DNA of 63,256 nucleotides, filler included, from Chiloscyllium plagiosum (taxonomy: Eukaryota): assembly GCF_004010195.1 (NCBI RefSeq). It is 3 parts of one record of this genome, joined end to end, with 100 filler letters (N's around TTAATTAATTAA, not from the genome) between each part and the next. Parts side by side here need not be neighbours in the genome. Positions count along the whole stretch, not along the records: positions 48,302 to 63,256 come from NC_057713.1; 2 more parts are not named here. One strand, written 5' to 3'. Every line of letters starts with the position of its first letter. Position 1 is the stretch's first letter. Below, one piece after another: positions 50,243 to 62,989 of the stretch. The translations under genes and the position numbers were made by a program. The notes under the pieces are model-generated. The model was not told the DNA's origin. It ran no database searches and was given only the letters and a program-made list of their open reading frames with translations.

Positions 50243-51121
50243 GATTTCTTGAAAGATCGTGAAAGAGGAGAGGTAAAACTATTTGAGGGAGGGAATTACA
50301 AAATAGGCGACTTAAGTGGCTATAATTTTAATTACCAGCAGTGGGATGAGGGTGACAAAGAGGAGGTGAGGGTCAATGTTTAGTTAGTTCAAGAGGTTTG
50401 CATGTCTGCTGGCAGTAGACAGGAGTGATGGGTGAGAAATGCTTGGAGCTGCAATTTATAAGCAGAGTCTTGAGTGAGCTGACAGTGTCTGAAAAATGGA
50501 CAATTGGCCATAAGAGCACAGACTTTTTAGTGAAATTTGAAAATCACTGTAGTAGAACTGAGGATTTTAGCTGCAATGTATTACAATAATGGCAGAAATA
50601 CAGAAAGCTGAATTTGAGAGGTCTCTAGTGCATTCATGGATGATTCAAATTTAAACATTTATGCGTTTTACTGGTCATAGGCATGTTTTTCTCTTGACTA
50701 TTGTCCTTCCTTCTATCTTTTCTTTCTTCAGTTTTAACATTTTGGAAATATTGTGCAGGCATTTTTACCAAAGACGTAACTCTTTTCCTGCCGTATTGCA
50801 CTGTTTCTTTATCTGCGGTGTTTTTTTTCTTGGAATTTTCAATAAAGTTGACTCTACAGGAATGCATTATTTCTCCTTTGTGATAGCAGGTCCCGCCAGC
50901 CTATCACAGACCTTGCTTTTATTCTTGTCCCATTTATTCTTGTTCCTTACACCCCTTGCCTAAAACCCATTTAATCTTTTTCAACAATTCTGATGAAAAG
51001 TCATTGACCTGAATGGTTGATTTAATTTGGATTGATTTAAGTATTTGTCATCCTTTGCAATGAGGTTGATGTCATATAAAATATTGATATTTATTGAATT
51101 TGTTTTTTTTTCTTTTAACAG

Positions 51122-51152
51122 AGGAGATAAAATCAGAAACTGAGAAACAAAG
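51122..51152 (+). CDS. ARFGEF1: ARFGEF1 (BIG1, brefeldin A-inhibited Arf GEF 1) coding exon 2, 31 bp: (E)EIKSETEKQ(S)
   Basis: Acceptor TTTTTTTTTCTTTTAACAG and donor AG|GTAAGT. The peptide matches the recalled vertebrate BIG1 N-terminus EEIKAETEKQS. Its phase-2 end (AG) joins the T at 60562 to make Ser, in frame with the next exon. Confidence 0.9.
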
Positions 51153-52689
51153 GTAAGTTATTGTTTCTTTAAAGTTTTTAATATTTGTGATATTTGTTGT
51201 AGACTTTTTCATTGCATCTAAAAGTAGAGTTCCAAAGCAAGGTATTTCCCATTATGTAAGATCTAAGGCTTCTACATGCCTGTAACATTAAAGTTTCAAA
51301 GTACAAAACAAATGCAACCATTAAAAAATACTCTTACATTTGAGATTTTCTCCTTTACGATTGGATAAATCATAATTTGCATTTTTTCCAATTTTCAAAG
51401 GGACCATCTTGAATAATTGTTGAAAGATGTCCTTTTTTTAGAATCTCCAGAAAGAACAGAGATTATGCAAGTGGTGGTACATGAAATGAACAAATTAGTC
51501 TTTGGGCAGATGTCTCAAAAGCTCATTACTGACTTCTGGATTCAACATTAAGTTAACAATTGCAAACTGTAATCTCAGTTGTTTCTTCCAAATTTATTTC
51601 CTCCGTGTTAATAGTGTTGTAACTTCTCCCAGTTTTGATTAAGAGTCAAAACTTGGATTGTTAGCTCTTTTTTTCTCGATAGTTGCTGCCAGACCTACTG
51701 ATTATTTACAGCATTTTCTGCTTTTGTTTTATTTATTTCAACTTGCTTTTCTGCCTTTAATAAGGATAAAAGATGGATTAATGTCATACAACAGCCTTTC
51801 TTGGGGGAGCTTTTCAAATGTCTTTGGAAATCCAAATATATTCCTTCCACTGGTTTCTCTTCACTTTGCTGTTACATCCCTAAGAGAATTCTTAAAATCA
51901 TGTTAAATGTGCCCAATTATGTTGTCACAGTTTTCTTAATCATGAATTTCAGCTTTTATTTTGATGAATATTGTCAGCCAAACTGGTTTGAAATTTCCAT
52001 TATTCTCTCTCTCCCTCATTTCTTGAATAGTTGGATCTACTACCTTCTAACCTCATGTAGCCTTTCCCGAATCTACTAAGTTTGGAATATCATCACCAAG
52101 CATCCACTGTCTTTGCAGCCACCTTTTTCAAAACTCTGTAGGTTATCAGGATTTGGATTTTGTCAACACTTAGTTCCATCAATTTCTCCAGAACACACAC
52201 TCCGCTTAATTTTTAAAATCAATTAGCTTTTTACATCCTTCATCTTTTTAGATCCTTGATATGCTTAGTTGTGCTCTGTGCTTTGTGTGTTCCTCTGCGA
52301 AGGCAAGCATAAAATATTTACTTAGTCTCTATCATTTGTCACTTCTGACATTCAACAGATTGCTTTCGCTGACAGGTGTATTCTGTTTGAAATCCCTAAA
52401 TATGGTTAACACTGACGAAGTGCGTGTCTATGAATCTTCTTTCACTTTGGTCATGTTAGTCCTGATGGCATGGGTTTGAGAGTTTTTTTAACTGATTAAC
52501 CAACAACATCTGATTCATGATCTGGTTATCTCTGATATAAACACTCAGCTCTTTTGTATTTCTGAGCAATTTGCACTGTTTTTAAGATTCAAGCTTTTTT
52601 GCCTCAATCATGTATTGTTTCCCCAAAAGTTTCTTGAGATCTGTTTGCACCTTGGTGCGGAACAGAAAGCTGACTTCTTGGTAAAAAGA

Positions 52690-52870
52690 CTCAGCATGTC
52701 TGGCAGCATCTGAGGAGCGAATGCAGAGTTAATGTTTCCAGTCCAGTGACCCTTTGTCAGAAGAGTCTGGACTCAAAACATCAACTTTGCTTTCACTCCA
52801 CAGATGCTGCCAGACCTGCTGAGTTTCTCCAGCAATTTTGTTGTTTCAAATCTTCATCTGCAGCTCTTTG
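52690..52870. mobile_element. Family-B fold-back Penelope-type element, diverged
   Basis: Inverted arms ACTCAGCATGTCTGGCAGCATCTG... / ...CAGATGCTGCCAGACCTGCTGAGT. Confidence 0.7.
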
Positions 52871-54128
52871 TTTAACACTTGGTGGAGAGCTTTGTCTGCC
52901 TTTCCTTGCAAATTCTTTGTGCACAACCGCTGAAGGCAGCTGTAACTTGAAACTCCAGTATCTGTTTTATAAGCTATCATCCCCATGACCATTCCACCTA
53001 GAATATTAATTTCTCAGATGCCTAATAACTACATGGCCAGGAATTCCAATTGCATCCCATCCAGCATTCTCAATGGCTTTAGTCTGGATTTCATGAGATA
53101 TCTCATGAAACAGAAACATTTGCAAAGTGTACAATTCATCACAAAATACTTCTTGTCAATAATCAAAGCCTTATCTTTTACGTTGTCCTTAACCTCATTA
53201 GGGTTAGCTGTGATTGAATAATTTTTCCCAATGAGTTTCAATTTTGAATGAGATGTATAAGGGCAGTTCAGAGTCAACCATAGTGTAGCGGGTCTGGAGT
53301 CATATGTAGGCTAGATCAGATAAGCATGGCAGATTTCCTTCCCAAAGGGATGTTAGAGAACTAGATAGATTTTTATGACAATCAACAATTGTTACATAAT
53401 TACCTTCAGACTGACTTTATTACAGTCCAGATTTTTTTTCCAATTTAAATTTCACCATCTGCAGTGGAGGAGTTCGAACTCATCCAGCCAGAACATTAGC
53501 CTGGGCTACAAGATTGAATCTAATTACATTACGACAACACCATTCTTTAATGATAGAGAATTATGATTTTTAAAAGAAATGTTCATCATTATTTATCTGT
53601 GAACCTGCCTTTTAATCTAATTTCCAAATTAGTAAGATTTTGTGATTCACTTCAATTGTTCAAAATCTATGTTAATTTTCATTATGAACAGAGTTTGAGA
53701 ACCAATTTAAATGTTTCTTGGTCCAGATTAGTACAAGACTCATTCCAAATATCAATATGTCTATGGGGTAGTTGAGGCAAGAAACCTCACAACTTTTAAA
53801 AAGGGCTTGGATGAGCACTTGAAATGTCATAACATTCAAGGCAATGGGCCAAGTGCTAGGTGGGGCTGGTGTAGATTTAGAGTAGTTTATGTCAGCCCAT
53901 ATTCGATGGGCTGACGAATCCCTTCTGTAATGTATGATACTTTGTTTTCACGGGTTTCCCAGAATTAAAAAATAAGTAGATAATAACAAAAGAGTCCTTG
54001 AGTCAGTCCACTTCAGGATGCCAGTTCATACACTGGTTGACTGGATGTGGTGCTTTTGTTCTGTTGTGTTGACTGAATTTATTCTACTGCTTTCAATCTT
54101 CTTTACTTGGGCATCGTACCATTAGGTA

Positions 54129-54799
54129 CAGTTGGTTCTGGGATAATGTGCGTTTCGGCAGCACAATTTGGCTCTAATGTTGCTAAAGCATTAGAGAATT
54201 GTATTTTCGAGAACACTTACCTCCGTTGGCAATAGCCCAATTGGTTTGCAATCGGGGAGTGGTTCGTGTGCTTCATTCTGTGCATGCACCGATGTCTGCA
54301 CCAAAATCTCCATGCTGTTCTGTGCATGTGCCAGTGTCCGCACCGAAATCTTCGTGCTGTTCTGTGCATGCGCCGATGTCTGTCTGTACTGTTCTCCGTG
54401 CCGTTCTGTGCATGTGCCAATGTCCACGTCGAAGTCTCCACACGGTTCTGCTCATGCGCAGCTTCAGTGCTGGTCTTCATGCCAGTCTGCGCTTTTGCCA
54501 ATGTCAGCTGCCAACAGAGCAGCTTTCTGAGAGAGGTGCTATACAGAGAGCAGCCTTTATAGATTTTTTTAAATGTACTGTGTTAAACTTACTTCTGTTT
54601 AGTTAATAAATATCATTTCAACCTTCATTCAAGCTGTGCCTTATTTTGTGTTAGACCTTTGAGCGATCGTAAGTGATTTTCTATGCTGGTCTGCCCCTAA
54701 CCCCACTTCATCTATAAGCCCTATTATTTCTATGAAGCAATTTTCTATTAAGCAAGGTTACGCGGGAAAGCAACTACCGTGTTATAGGAGAACGACCCC
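54129..54799. mobile_element. Tigger/mariner-like non-autonomous DNA transposon with an internal ~42-bp tandem repeat (54277-54462)
   Basis: TA|CAGTTGGTTCTGGGATAATG ... GTTATAGGAGAACGACCCC|TA gives degenerate TIRs with TA flanks. About 4.5 internal units begin TTCTGTGCATG. Confidence 0.55.
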
Positions 54800-55087
54800 T
54801 ATGACTTTTTAAATCTTGCAAGCCTCTACCCCATGTGCTTCTCAGTGCATAAGCAATTCAAGATAGTTCTTGGATTGGCTAGGTGGTAATCTCTGCCCAG
54901 TTCCTGATTTATTTCTTTAGCAGTATTGGTCATCTTACTGATATTACTTCCTGCTGTCTTCTGACTTATTCATTGACATGCCAATTACTTTGTAGAATCA
55001 TCCATTTCAATATAGCTAGTACCTCTGAGCTCACCAATATCATAGATCTTTACTAAGATAACGTGGCACCAATAAGGCCATTTATGG

Positions 55088-55229
55088 AGTTCTAACGAAG
55101 GGTCACTTGACCCGAAATGTTAATTTTGACTTCTGTCCACAGATGCTGTCAGACCTGCTGAGCTTTTCCAGCAATTTCTGTTTTTGTTTTTTCATTTACA
55201 GTTCCTGTTTACAGTTTGTTTGGTTTTTA
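55088..55229 (+). mobile_element. Family-B Penelope-type terminus with hammerhead-like motif
   Basis: AGTT, CTAACGA, A, GGGTC-actt-GACCC, GAAA, TG, TT, AATT. Flanking duplication TAAGGCCATTTATGG / TTAGGCTGTTTATGG. Confidence 0.72.
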
Positions 55230-55702
55230 TTTAGGCTGTTTATGGTGTCGGCCTAGATTTATGTAGTGTCACCTCTTAGCGTTTACCTGTCATCCCAAAT
55301 GTCTCAACTGATGCATCTAAATGCCTTTCAAAATCTAACTATGTTTTAGTTAACAGAATCATGTGTGACTCTGAAATAACTGTTGATAACTGTAGCAAAG
55401 CTCAAATTAACCATATAAAGCTAAATACATAGACCTGTTAAATAATTTGTTACAACCCTAAACCAGTTAAAACATGTCTTTTACTCAAAAATACAACTCT
55501 GTGTTCACTTGAAAAGCATTTTCACATTTGTTAACTAAGAATATATCACCCTAAGCCATAAAATTGCAATAGTCCACTGGCCTTACTTTTAATCTGGGGC
55601 TTTCTGCCTTAAAAAATCTGTTTTATAATTGATCAAAATCAAACAAAATCTCATTTAATTCCTTACTGAAAAAAAACCTCAGTCTTAAAAATCTACCATG
55701 GT

Positions 55703-56272
55703 TGTGAGATGTTGCTCCTTTAACGAGGTTATATTGTTCAGAGAAGTCATAAAAGACAGACTTCAAAAAGTCTTAGTTGAAGGATTTTAGGGCCAGTTTT
55801 GCCTCAGGTAAAAGGTACTTTGAAAAAAGCACTTGTGCAATAAAAGGGGAGTGGCCAATTCTCCCAGCTCAGGTTCGCTCTAGTTTGGTTTGTTTAGCAA
55901 GCAGTAGTGTTTTAAAGCTGCTGGACTCAAAGAAACAGGTCCAGGCTGGTACTCTTTCTCTGAGATCTCTCCTGTAAGACCCTTTGTTTGATTTTACCTT
56001 TTGTGCCAAGGGCTGTTTATGGGGATTGTTACAAGTATTTGGAAAAGCATCATTAAGTTGGGATAATATGTTGGTTTTTGGATAGGTTGTTATTCTCTTT
56101 TTTGTTCTGTTTTATTTGTGTTTCATTTAGTAATTTTGTAAATACATTGTTTGTTTAAAAGTAAGTGGATAGGCCAGCTGCATCACTCCTGGAATATCCA
56201 TGTTATACCTGCTTAAAACAACTAGGTCACTTTCTTGAAATGTTTTGAGGGGGTCGGGCCTGATCCATAACA
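55703..56272. mobile_element. Possible solo LTR
   Basis: A ~570-bp segment bounded by TGT...ACA. No TSD is visible. Confidence 0.3.
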
Positions 56273-56474
56273 TTTTTGCCATAATTATATAAATCATTTT
56301 CTGAAGTTTAATACTCTAGTTGTGCATCTTATCCTTCAACTCAAGATGAAAGTTATTAGATTATGATTGCTATTCTCTAGAGAATCTCTTAATATTAAAT
56401 TACTAATTAACTCTTACACTATTAGCACTAAGACTAAATGCAAGATTGCTTCCCATTTTGATTCCATGATGTTG

Positions 56475-57552
56475 TAAGAACATAGAATATAGGAGCAGAA
56501 TTAGGCCATTTGACCAATCGACTCTGCTGTATCATTTGATCATAGCTGATATGTTGCCCAAATCATTCTCCTGTCCTCTCTTTTTAAGCCTTGACCCGTT
56601 TACCAATCAAGAATCCGTCTATCCCTGACTTAAATGCACAAAATGACTTGGTCTGCACAGCCCCCTGCGACAGAGAGTCCCACAGATTCATCAATCTGAA
56701 TAAATGCCTCCTCGTCTCAGTTCTACAGTGTTGTCCCTTCACTGAGGTTGTGGCCTTGGGTCCTAGTCTCTCCTACAAGTGTAAACATCATCTCCATGTC
56801 CCCTCTATTCAGGCCTCTCAGTATTCTGTAAGTTTCAATCAGATCAGCCCCCAGTCTTTCTAAACTCCTTTGAGTACAGACCCAGAGTCCTCAAGCATTC
56901 CTATGACATTCCCTTCATCCCCAGGTTCATTCTTATAAACCTCCCCAGGCTCCCCCCACCCCCCAGCCAACCCGATACCTGCACGTCCTTTCTTAGATAC
57001 GGGCCCCAAACTGCTCTCAATATTCCAGATGCAGTCTGACCAGAGCAATATCTCTACTGATATATTCTAGCCCGTTTGAAATGAATGCTAACATTGCATT
57101 TGTCTTCCTAACTACCAACTGAACCTGCACGTTAATCTTAAAATCCTGAAGTAAGACTTCCAAGTTTCTTTGTGCTCCAGATTTCCAAAGTTATTTAAAA
57201 ATAGTATATGCCTCTATTCTTCCTACTAAAGTGCATAATCTCTCACTTTGCCACATTATATTGCATCTGCCGCTTCTTTTCCCACACTCCTAGCCTGTCC
57301 CAAGTCCTTCTGCAACCTCCTGGTTTCCTCAACACTAGCTGCCCCTATCTCTGTGTAATCTACAAACTGAACAACAATACCTTCAGTTCTTTTGTCCAGA
57401 TCGTTAAGGTATAATGTGAATTGTAGTGGTCCAAGCATTGACTCCGGCAGAACTCCATTAGTCATTGGCTGCTCGTTCTGAAAAATGCACCTTTATCCCT
57501 AATCTGCCAATAAACCGAACCTCTGTCCATGCCAGTGCCTTTCCCCAAACAG
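56475..57552 (-). mobile_element. CR1-type LINE RT 3' region (different subfamily), degraded
   Basis: ORF 57256-57465 NGVLPESMLGPLQFTLYLNDL..QFVDYTEIG (GVPQGSVLGP..FADDT). The tail AAGAACATAGAATATAGGAGCAG is similar to that at ~42965. Confidence 0.8.
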
Positions 57553-60500
57553 GTGACCTTATTTATTGTTTCATCAGGAACCTGCCTCCAGTGCATTCAT
57601 GAACAGCAACTCCAATTTTATTTGTTCAGTTTGGCGACCTAGGCATCTGAAATTTCCCATGCTGTGAAATTGCACATGAATATCTCTCTGCTCATAAGAT
57701 GATTCTTAAAGCCTTCTTGACCATGCTTTAGTTTGCATTGTCTTTCCTTTTGACTAATGTTTATAAAGAGATGGATGCTTTCTTATATTAAAAGCAATAA
57801 ATAAATGCAGTTCAATACACACAGATACTCAATTTACAATTTGACTTACGAACACTCATATTTAAGAACACAATTCCATACAGGGGTGTAATTTTAGAGA
57901 CCTTATGAATATTTCCTGTGCTTATGAGCAGCTGCTTTAGATTGTCCTGTGTTATGTTTTGTAGTATGTACAAATTGATTTGCAAACAGTCTACAGAACA
58001 GAATCCATTTTGCAACCTGGGGACAGTCAAAAGGAATATTTAATGAAAATCTTAAGATTTCCTCTTTGAAATGGGGAAAGCTATCCTATACCTTTTTAGG
58101 TTGCTTTTTCAAAAGCTTTTTCAGTGTTAGATCTCATTGTCCTCAAGTCATCCATTAGCATGTACACAGTTAATTTATTTTGCTCAGCATGACAGCATAT
58201 TTTTATATACATGATTTTACTTTGGAATCTGTCACTGAACTTTGGAAATTAATAAGAGCAAGTCATACCTTTTAGGAATTGAAACTTGAATGAGAAACAA
58301 AACAGTAGAAATAAACTAATATTGAGAACAACCTAGAAGTAATCTTGCCATCTGCCCTTTCTACTGAGAATATGTTGAGTAGACAACAGTTAAGAGAAAG
58401 TGATGTCTTTGTTTGAGAAATACATGGATGAAATACAACTCCTCTGTGTCATACCGAGTTTGATGAGTCAATGCTGTCAATGAAATATGATCAGGGAGTT
58501 GGTGGCTGTGCTCATTTAACTAGTTGCATCAAAGATATCTCATCAGCTTGCTGCTTTTGCACTTTAAATAGTAGTGCAGTGCACTAAAATAAATTGCTGA
58601 AATCTACACAGCAAAAGCGACTTATTCAAATTCTCTAACTTGAAATGTTAGATGGCTGAAGTTAATAGCATGTGCATCAAACTTTTTTGTAATCTGTTCA
58701 TCATATAATGATCAAACACAAAAGAGATCAATTTGCCCATCTGGCCTATGCTGGAACTGATCTTTTCCATCATATATTTATCTAAATTCTTTTTTCAAGA
58801 TGTTGGCCTGATTTTGATGGTTGGTGGCTAACTAGTAGCAGTTACTATTGACTTAAGCATCTCTAGCATGAGGTAACAGTATTTTATCAACAAGCAACAC
58901 AATCTTTTGAGGAATTCTCACAAACAGCAAGGCAAGAAAAGAAGTAACAAGAAGAATTTGTCATTTTTTAAATTGATGTACAGAAGTAGAATAAAAATTG
59001 GGACATACGTATGGGAATCAAGGTAAAGGTGCTATAATTTTTGCAGTTTATTACTTGAAAAACCTATAGAATTTATTTTGTCATTGCATGGCAACATCTG
59101 GCATTGCACAAATATCAAATGAACCTTTTGAACTGAATGATTATTCAGTAATGGCTATGACTTTGAATGCAATTTTTTGTAAAAATTGGTATTCTTTCAA
59201 CAGGATGTAACTGTTTAAAGGATTTTTTATGCTGGGAAGTATAGCTTAGTGATTTTTAATTAGCTTCCATCATTGAGGATTTCAGCAGCCTATCCTGTTA
59301 AAATCACTGACAGCAACTTCTAGATTTCTCTGTGTAACTCCGCATGTGGATGTCAAAAGCTGCTGTTAGTTGTACAGTTATTATAGTGAGAGCTGAATAT
59401 TTTACTGTCATTACAGATGTAAGTGCAGAACCCAACTAAATCTGCTCCCACTATCCTTCCAAGCAGTGCATTTCACATCTTCACTTGCTTTGTCAATTTT
59501 GTTTTCCCAATGCTGTAACTGATTCATTACCTTGAATCTGTCTTTTTACCAACTCTCCGAGCATATTTCTCCTTTTATTTCCTATTAAAGAAGACTTACC
59601 ATGATATTTGTGCTATCAGTTCTCCCTTTAGTTTTTCTGTTTAAAGAAGGACAACTCCAATTTCTCGTCTCATCAGATAACTGAAGTCATTCATCTCTGA
59701 TGCCACCCTAATAAGTTTTCTGTGTACTTTGTCTGTGATCTTAACATTTTTCCTAAACTGTGATTGATATTCGGAGTTGGACCTCATAGTTCTGCTGGGT
59801 CTTAATGTAATAATGTACTCTTTTTGCCCCCTCTTTATCAAGCCAAGAAAAGACTGTCAACAGCTTTCTCAACTTATTCTTCCAATGTAAGGGATGAATG
59901 TCTATCTACATTCAGGTCACTGTTCCCGCAACCCCTTTTACACTCTACCATTTAGTTTACATTGCCTTTTCTCATTTTTCTCACAAAATGAATTACATTT
60001 AGGTGAGCTTAACACACACAAGACATGATTATAGACCACGCGAAACTGGTTTTTATTTCAGAAATATTATGAATATTCAATGAATCAAACATGTAATTAC
60101 ACTTCTAATCATTATTTTTGATTTTAATCCTTAAGTTGCACTAATGAAGTAGTCTTATCTTTCATTGCTAAGCCAAAGCCTGCATGCAAGCTTCTAATGC
60201 TGAGTGATGCTTTGACTAATTCTAATTATTGAAGCATTCATTTACTTTTCCCTCTGGTAACAGCTGTTCCAATAAATGGTATCAATGGCTATTCCAGACA
60301 GGCTTTGTCTTGTAATATAGTGGCCATCCTTTCAGTTTACTTTTCTTTCTACAGGGGCGAAGTTAGTAAAGCGTGGGCATTGACGGAAAGCCATCAATAT
60401 AGTAAAACCTTTTCAGACCACCAGATTTTTTTGTCAAGAATCTTCCTTTAAAATATGCTTTTACACATATGAAATATAAAGTGGACTAACACTATAATGC

Positions 60501-60561
60501 ATTTGAACATTCTTTTTTGGAAACAGATGTTGATAATGAATAATGTTTGTGTTTCATGCAG

Positions 60562-60718
60562 TCCTCCCCATTCAGAAGGAAAGACTGTTTCTGGGACCTT
60601 GCCTCCAGTCAAATCCAAGGCAAACTTTATTGAAGCAGACAAATATTTTCTCCCTTTCGAGTTGGCGTGTCAGTCGAAGTGTCCCCGCATAGTCAGCACG
60701 TCTCTTGACTGTTTACAG
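60562..60718 (+). CDS. ARFGEF1: ARFGEF1 (BIG1) coding exon 3, 157 bp, N-terminal DCB region: (S)[52 protein letters not shown]
   Basis: Acceptor TTTGTGTTTCATGCAG and donor [39 protein letters not shown] is diagnostic of BIG1/BIG2. [12 protein letters not shown] and KCPRIV favour BIG1. Confidence 0.95.
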
Positions 60719-61075
60719 GTTTGTATTGCTGTACTTGGGTCTGAAGTATAAACAAGTCGGATGGTTGAAAAAAAACTGGAAGGAAGCTGTAAATAATGGC
60801 TTGCGAAATGAAGTTTTTGTTTGATGCAATTTATATTGCAGTGTAAACTCTCTTCCATTATTATCTATTAGAAATCACTGACAAGCCACAGCTGCGAATA
60901 CTAGTAGAAAGTACACTGCATACATTTTCAGGTATTACAGATATTTATGACCAAGCAGTTAGCACTAAATCTTTATCTCTTTCCCTGAGCCAGTGTGTAG
61001 AAGTTTAGTTTGAAATAGTCTCTCTCGGTACATTTTAATGTATCTTGGGTTTTTGTCCAGTAGTTGCACATAGTA

Positions 61076-61249
61076 CAGAGGAACCCCGATTATCCGAGGG
61101 ACACGGTTGGGGAGTATTTCGTTCGGTTAATCAAATTCCGGATAATCTAATGCCGGATAATGTAGTTAGCCAAGCATTGGGACCATGCGATCTTGTTCAC
61201 ATAATCCGAAATTCGATTAATCAAGTGCCAAGTAATCGAGGTTCCTCTG
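61076..61249. mobile_element. Complete 174-bp Tc1/mariner (Tigger-like) MITE
   Basis: TIRs CAGAGGAACCCCGATTA / TAATCGAGGTTCCTCTG. TA target duplication at 61074-75 and 61250-51. Confidence 0.88.
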
Positions 61250-62844
61250 TATATGAACCTCATCAGAGTGATTTTGCAGAATGTTGACTTGCATATGATG
61301 TGCCAGCCTGCATTTCCTTCCCATCAAGGTCATGGTTGGATGCTGTTTGCCATTTAACATTACATGGCCTATTGGTGTTGCTTGTAGATGGGATATTTAA
61401 TTACCCTAATCCACCGAGATTCCTCAAAACGTGGATACATAGTACAGAAGGAGGCAACTCAATCCATTAAACCTGTGTGCTGTCTCTTTGAAAAAGCTAA
61501 TCCCATTTCCCCCTATCTTTTTCCAGAATCCAGATTTTCATTTTGTCTTCATGTACATAAGCAGTTTCCTTTTTTAAAGTTATATTGCACCTGCTTTCAA
61601 CATCTTTTGACATACTCCAGATCATAACTAGCTGCATGAAAATTTTCATTTCCACTGTGGTACTTGGCTAATTTATCTTAAAGCAGTGTCCTCAGTAACA
61701 TCATATTCTCAACATATTGACATTGTTACCAATGAAGCTTTTCAAAATCTTTTAAAGTTTTAAAACATCTATTTAACTTCCCTTAATCACCTCTGCTTTA
61801 AAGAAAAGAATCTTAGTTTCCATAATCTCTTCACATAACAGAAATTCCACATCCCTGATACTGTTATAGTAAACATCCTTTGCATGTTCTTCAAAACCTT
61901 GACATCCTTCCTAAAATATGATCGGTAGGTTGAATGCAATGTTCCCAGCTGAGGAGTGATCAGTTTCATGCAACATGGTACTCATATCTTTTATTTACTG
62001 GACTGAATATATCCACAAACTGTATTATATGTTTTCAAGCGTAAACTTAGGATACAATAAGAAAAGAGAGGGTACTTAAAAGATTGGCACTTCAAAACAC
62101 TACCATATGTTATGAATGTGTAGATGTCCTGTACCTTTAAGAGAGTTGGAAAGCTAGCAAGGCCTGCCTGACACAGCACAAAGTGTTCTGAACAAGGTAC
62201 CAGTGTAATATTTGGTCGAAACAGCTAGTAGCAGCTGGGTTACCATGAGACACAAAACAAATTCAAATTTAGCCAATCAGTTTAAATGATGCCCCAACAT
62301 ACCAAAATCCAATCAAGTTTGAATTTAGTATTTTGATAATATTAAAACCAATGAAACAGTCTGGTGCTTTGGGGTATAAAACTGGACATTTTTGAACAGT
62401 TGAGAGAGAACTGCCAAGCCACCAATATGTACAGACAGCCAACAGAACAACTGTCTGAGAGGTACCTGGCTATAAGAAGTTTGCGTAGCAGAACATCGAA
62501 AAGACGACAGAGGAAAATCTGCAGAGGAAGATACAAAGAGAAGATCCGACCGCTGACTGATTTTGAAAGTTGAATTTCTTTTTAAAATTTTAATCAGGAT
62601 TTCTTATTGGACCAGTATTGTAGAGTGGGAGGTAAAAGGTAGGTTGAAGAGAAAGGGGTTGCAATTAGTTGTTATTTTTAATATTTTCTGTTGGACTTAA
62701 AGAATAAAGTTGTTAATTTTTACTTTAAATAGTGACCTCTGGGATAAACCTTTGCCTCTCTAATTTTAACAAATTACAGCATAAGGTGAATCTTTTCTGT
62801 ATGGCTGGTTTAAATTAGAAGAGGTTTACCCCGTGTGGTAGCAC

Positions 62845-62942
62845 ACTTTTCCTGGCTAACATTTTTGTCTCGGGTTTGCTGCAGTTCTCTAGTGAAGCTT
62901 GGTGCAAACTGGAAGAACAGCATCTCATTTTCCGTTGGCCAT
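62845..62942 (+). mobile_element. Penelope-like GIY-YIG endonuclease C-terminal remnant
   Basis: Translates ANIFVSGLLQFSSEAWCKLEEQHLIFR, comparable to RLEEERLIF at ~44130. Confidence 0.5.
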
Positions 62943-62989
62943 TCTTTATCTCTCATTCTCACTCTCTCTCCCTCTATCGCCACCCCCCC

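Noticed and set aside
6180..51100. ARFGEF1 exon 1, or exons of the expected upstream neighbour CPA6
   Set aside because: No matching peptide with splice sites was found by eye. It may lie outside the window or in a gap.
62204..62842. Promoter or solo LTR (CCAAT boxes, TATAAAA, AATAAA)
   Set aside because: The motif order is LTR-like, but no TSD or second copy is visible and the motifs are common in AT-rich DNA.
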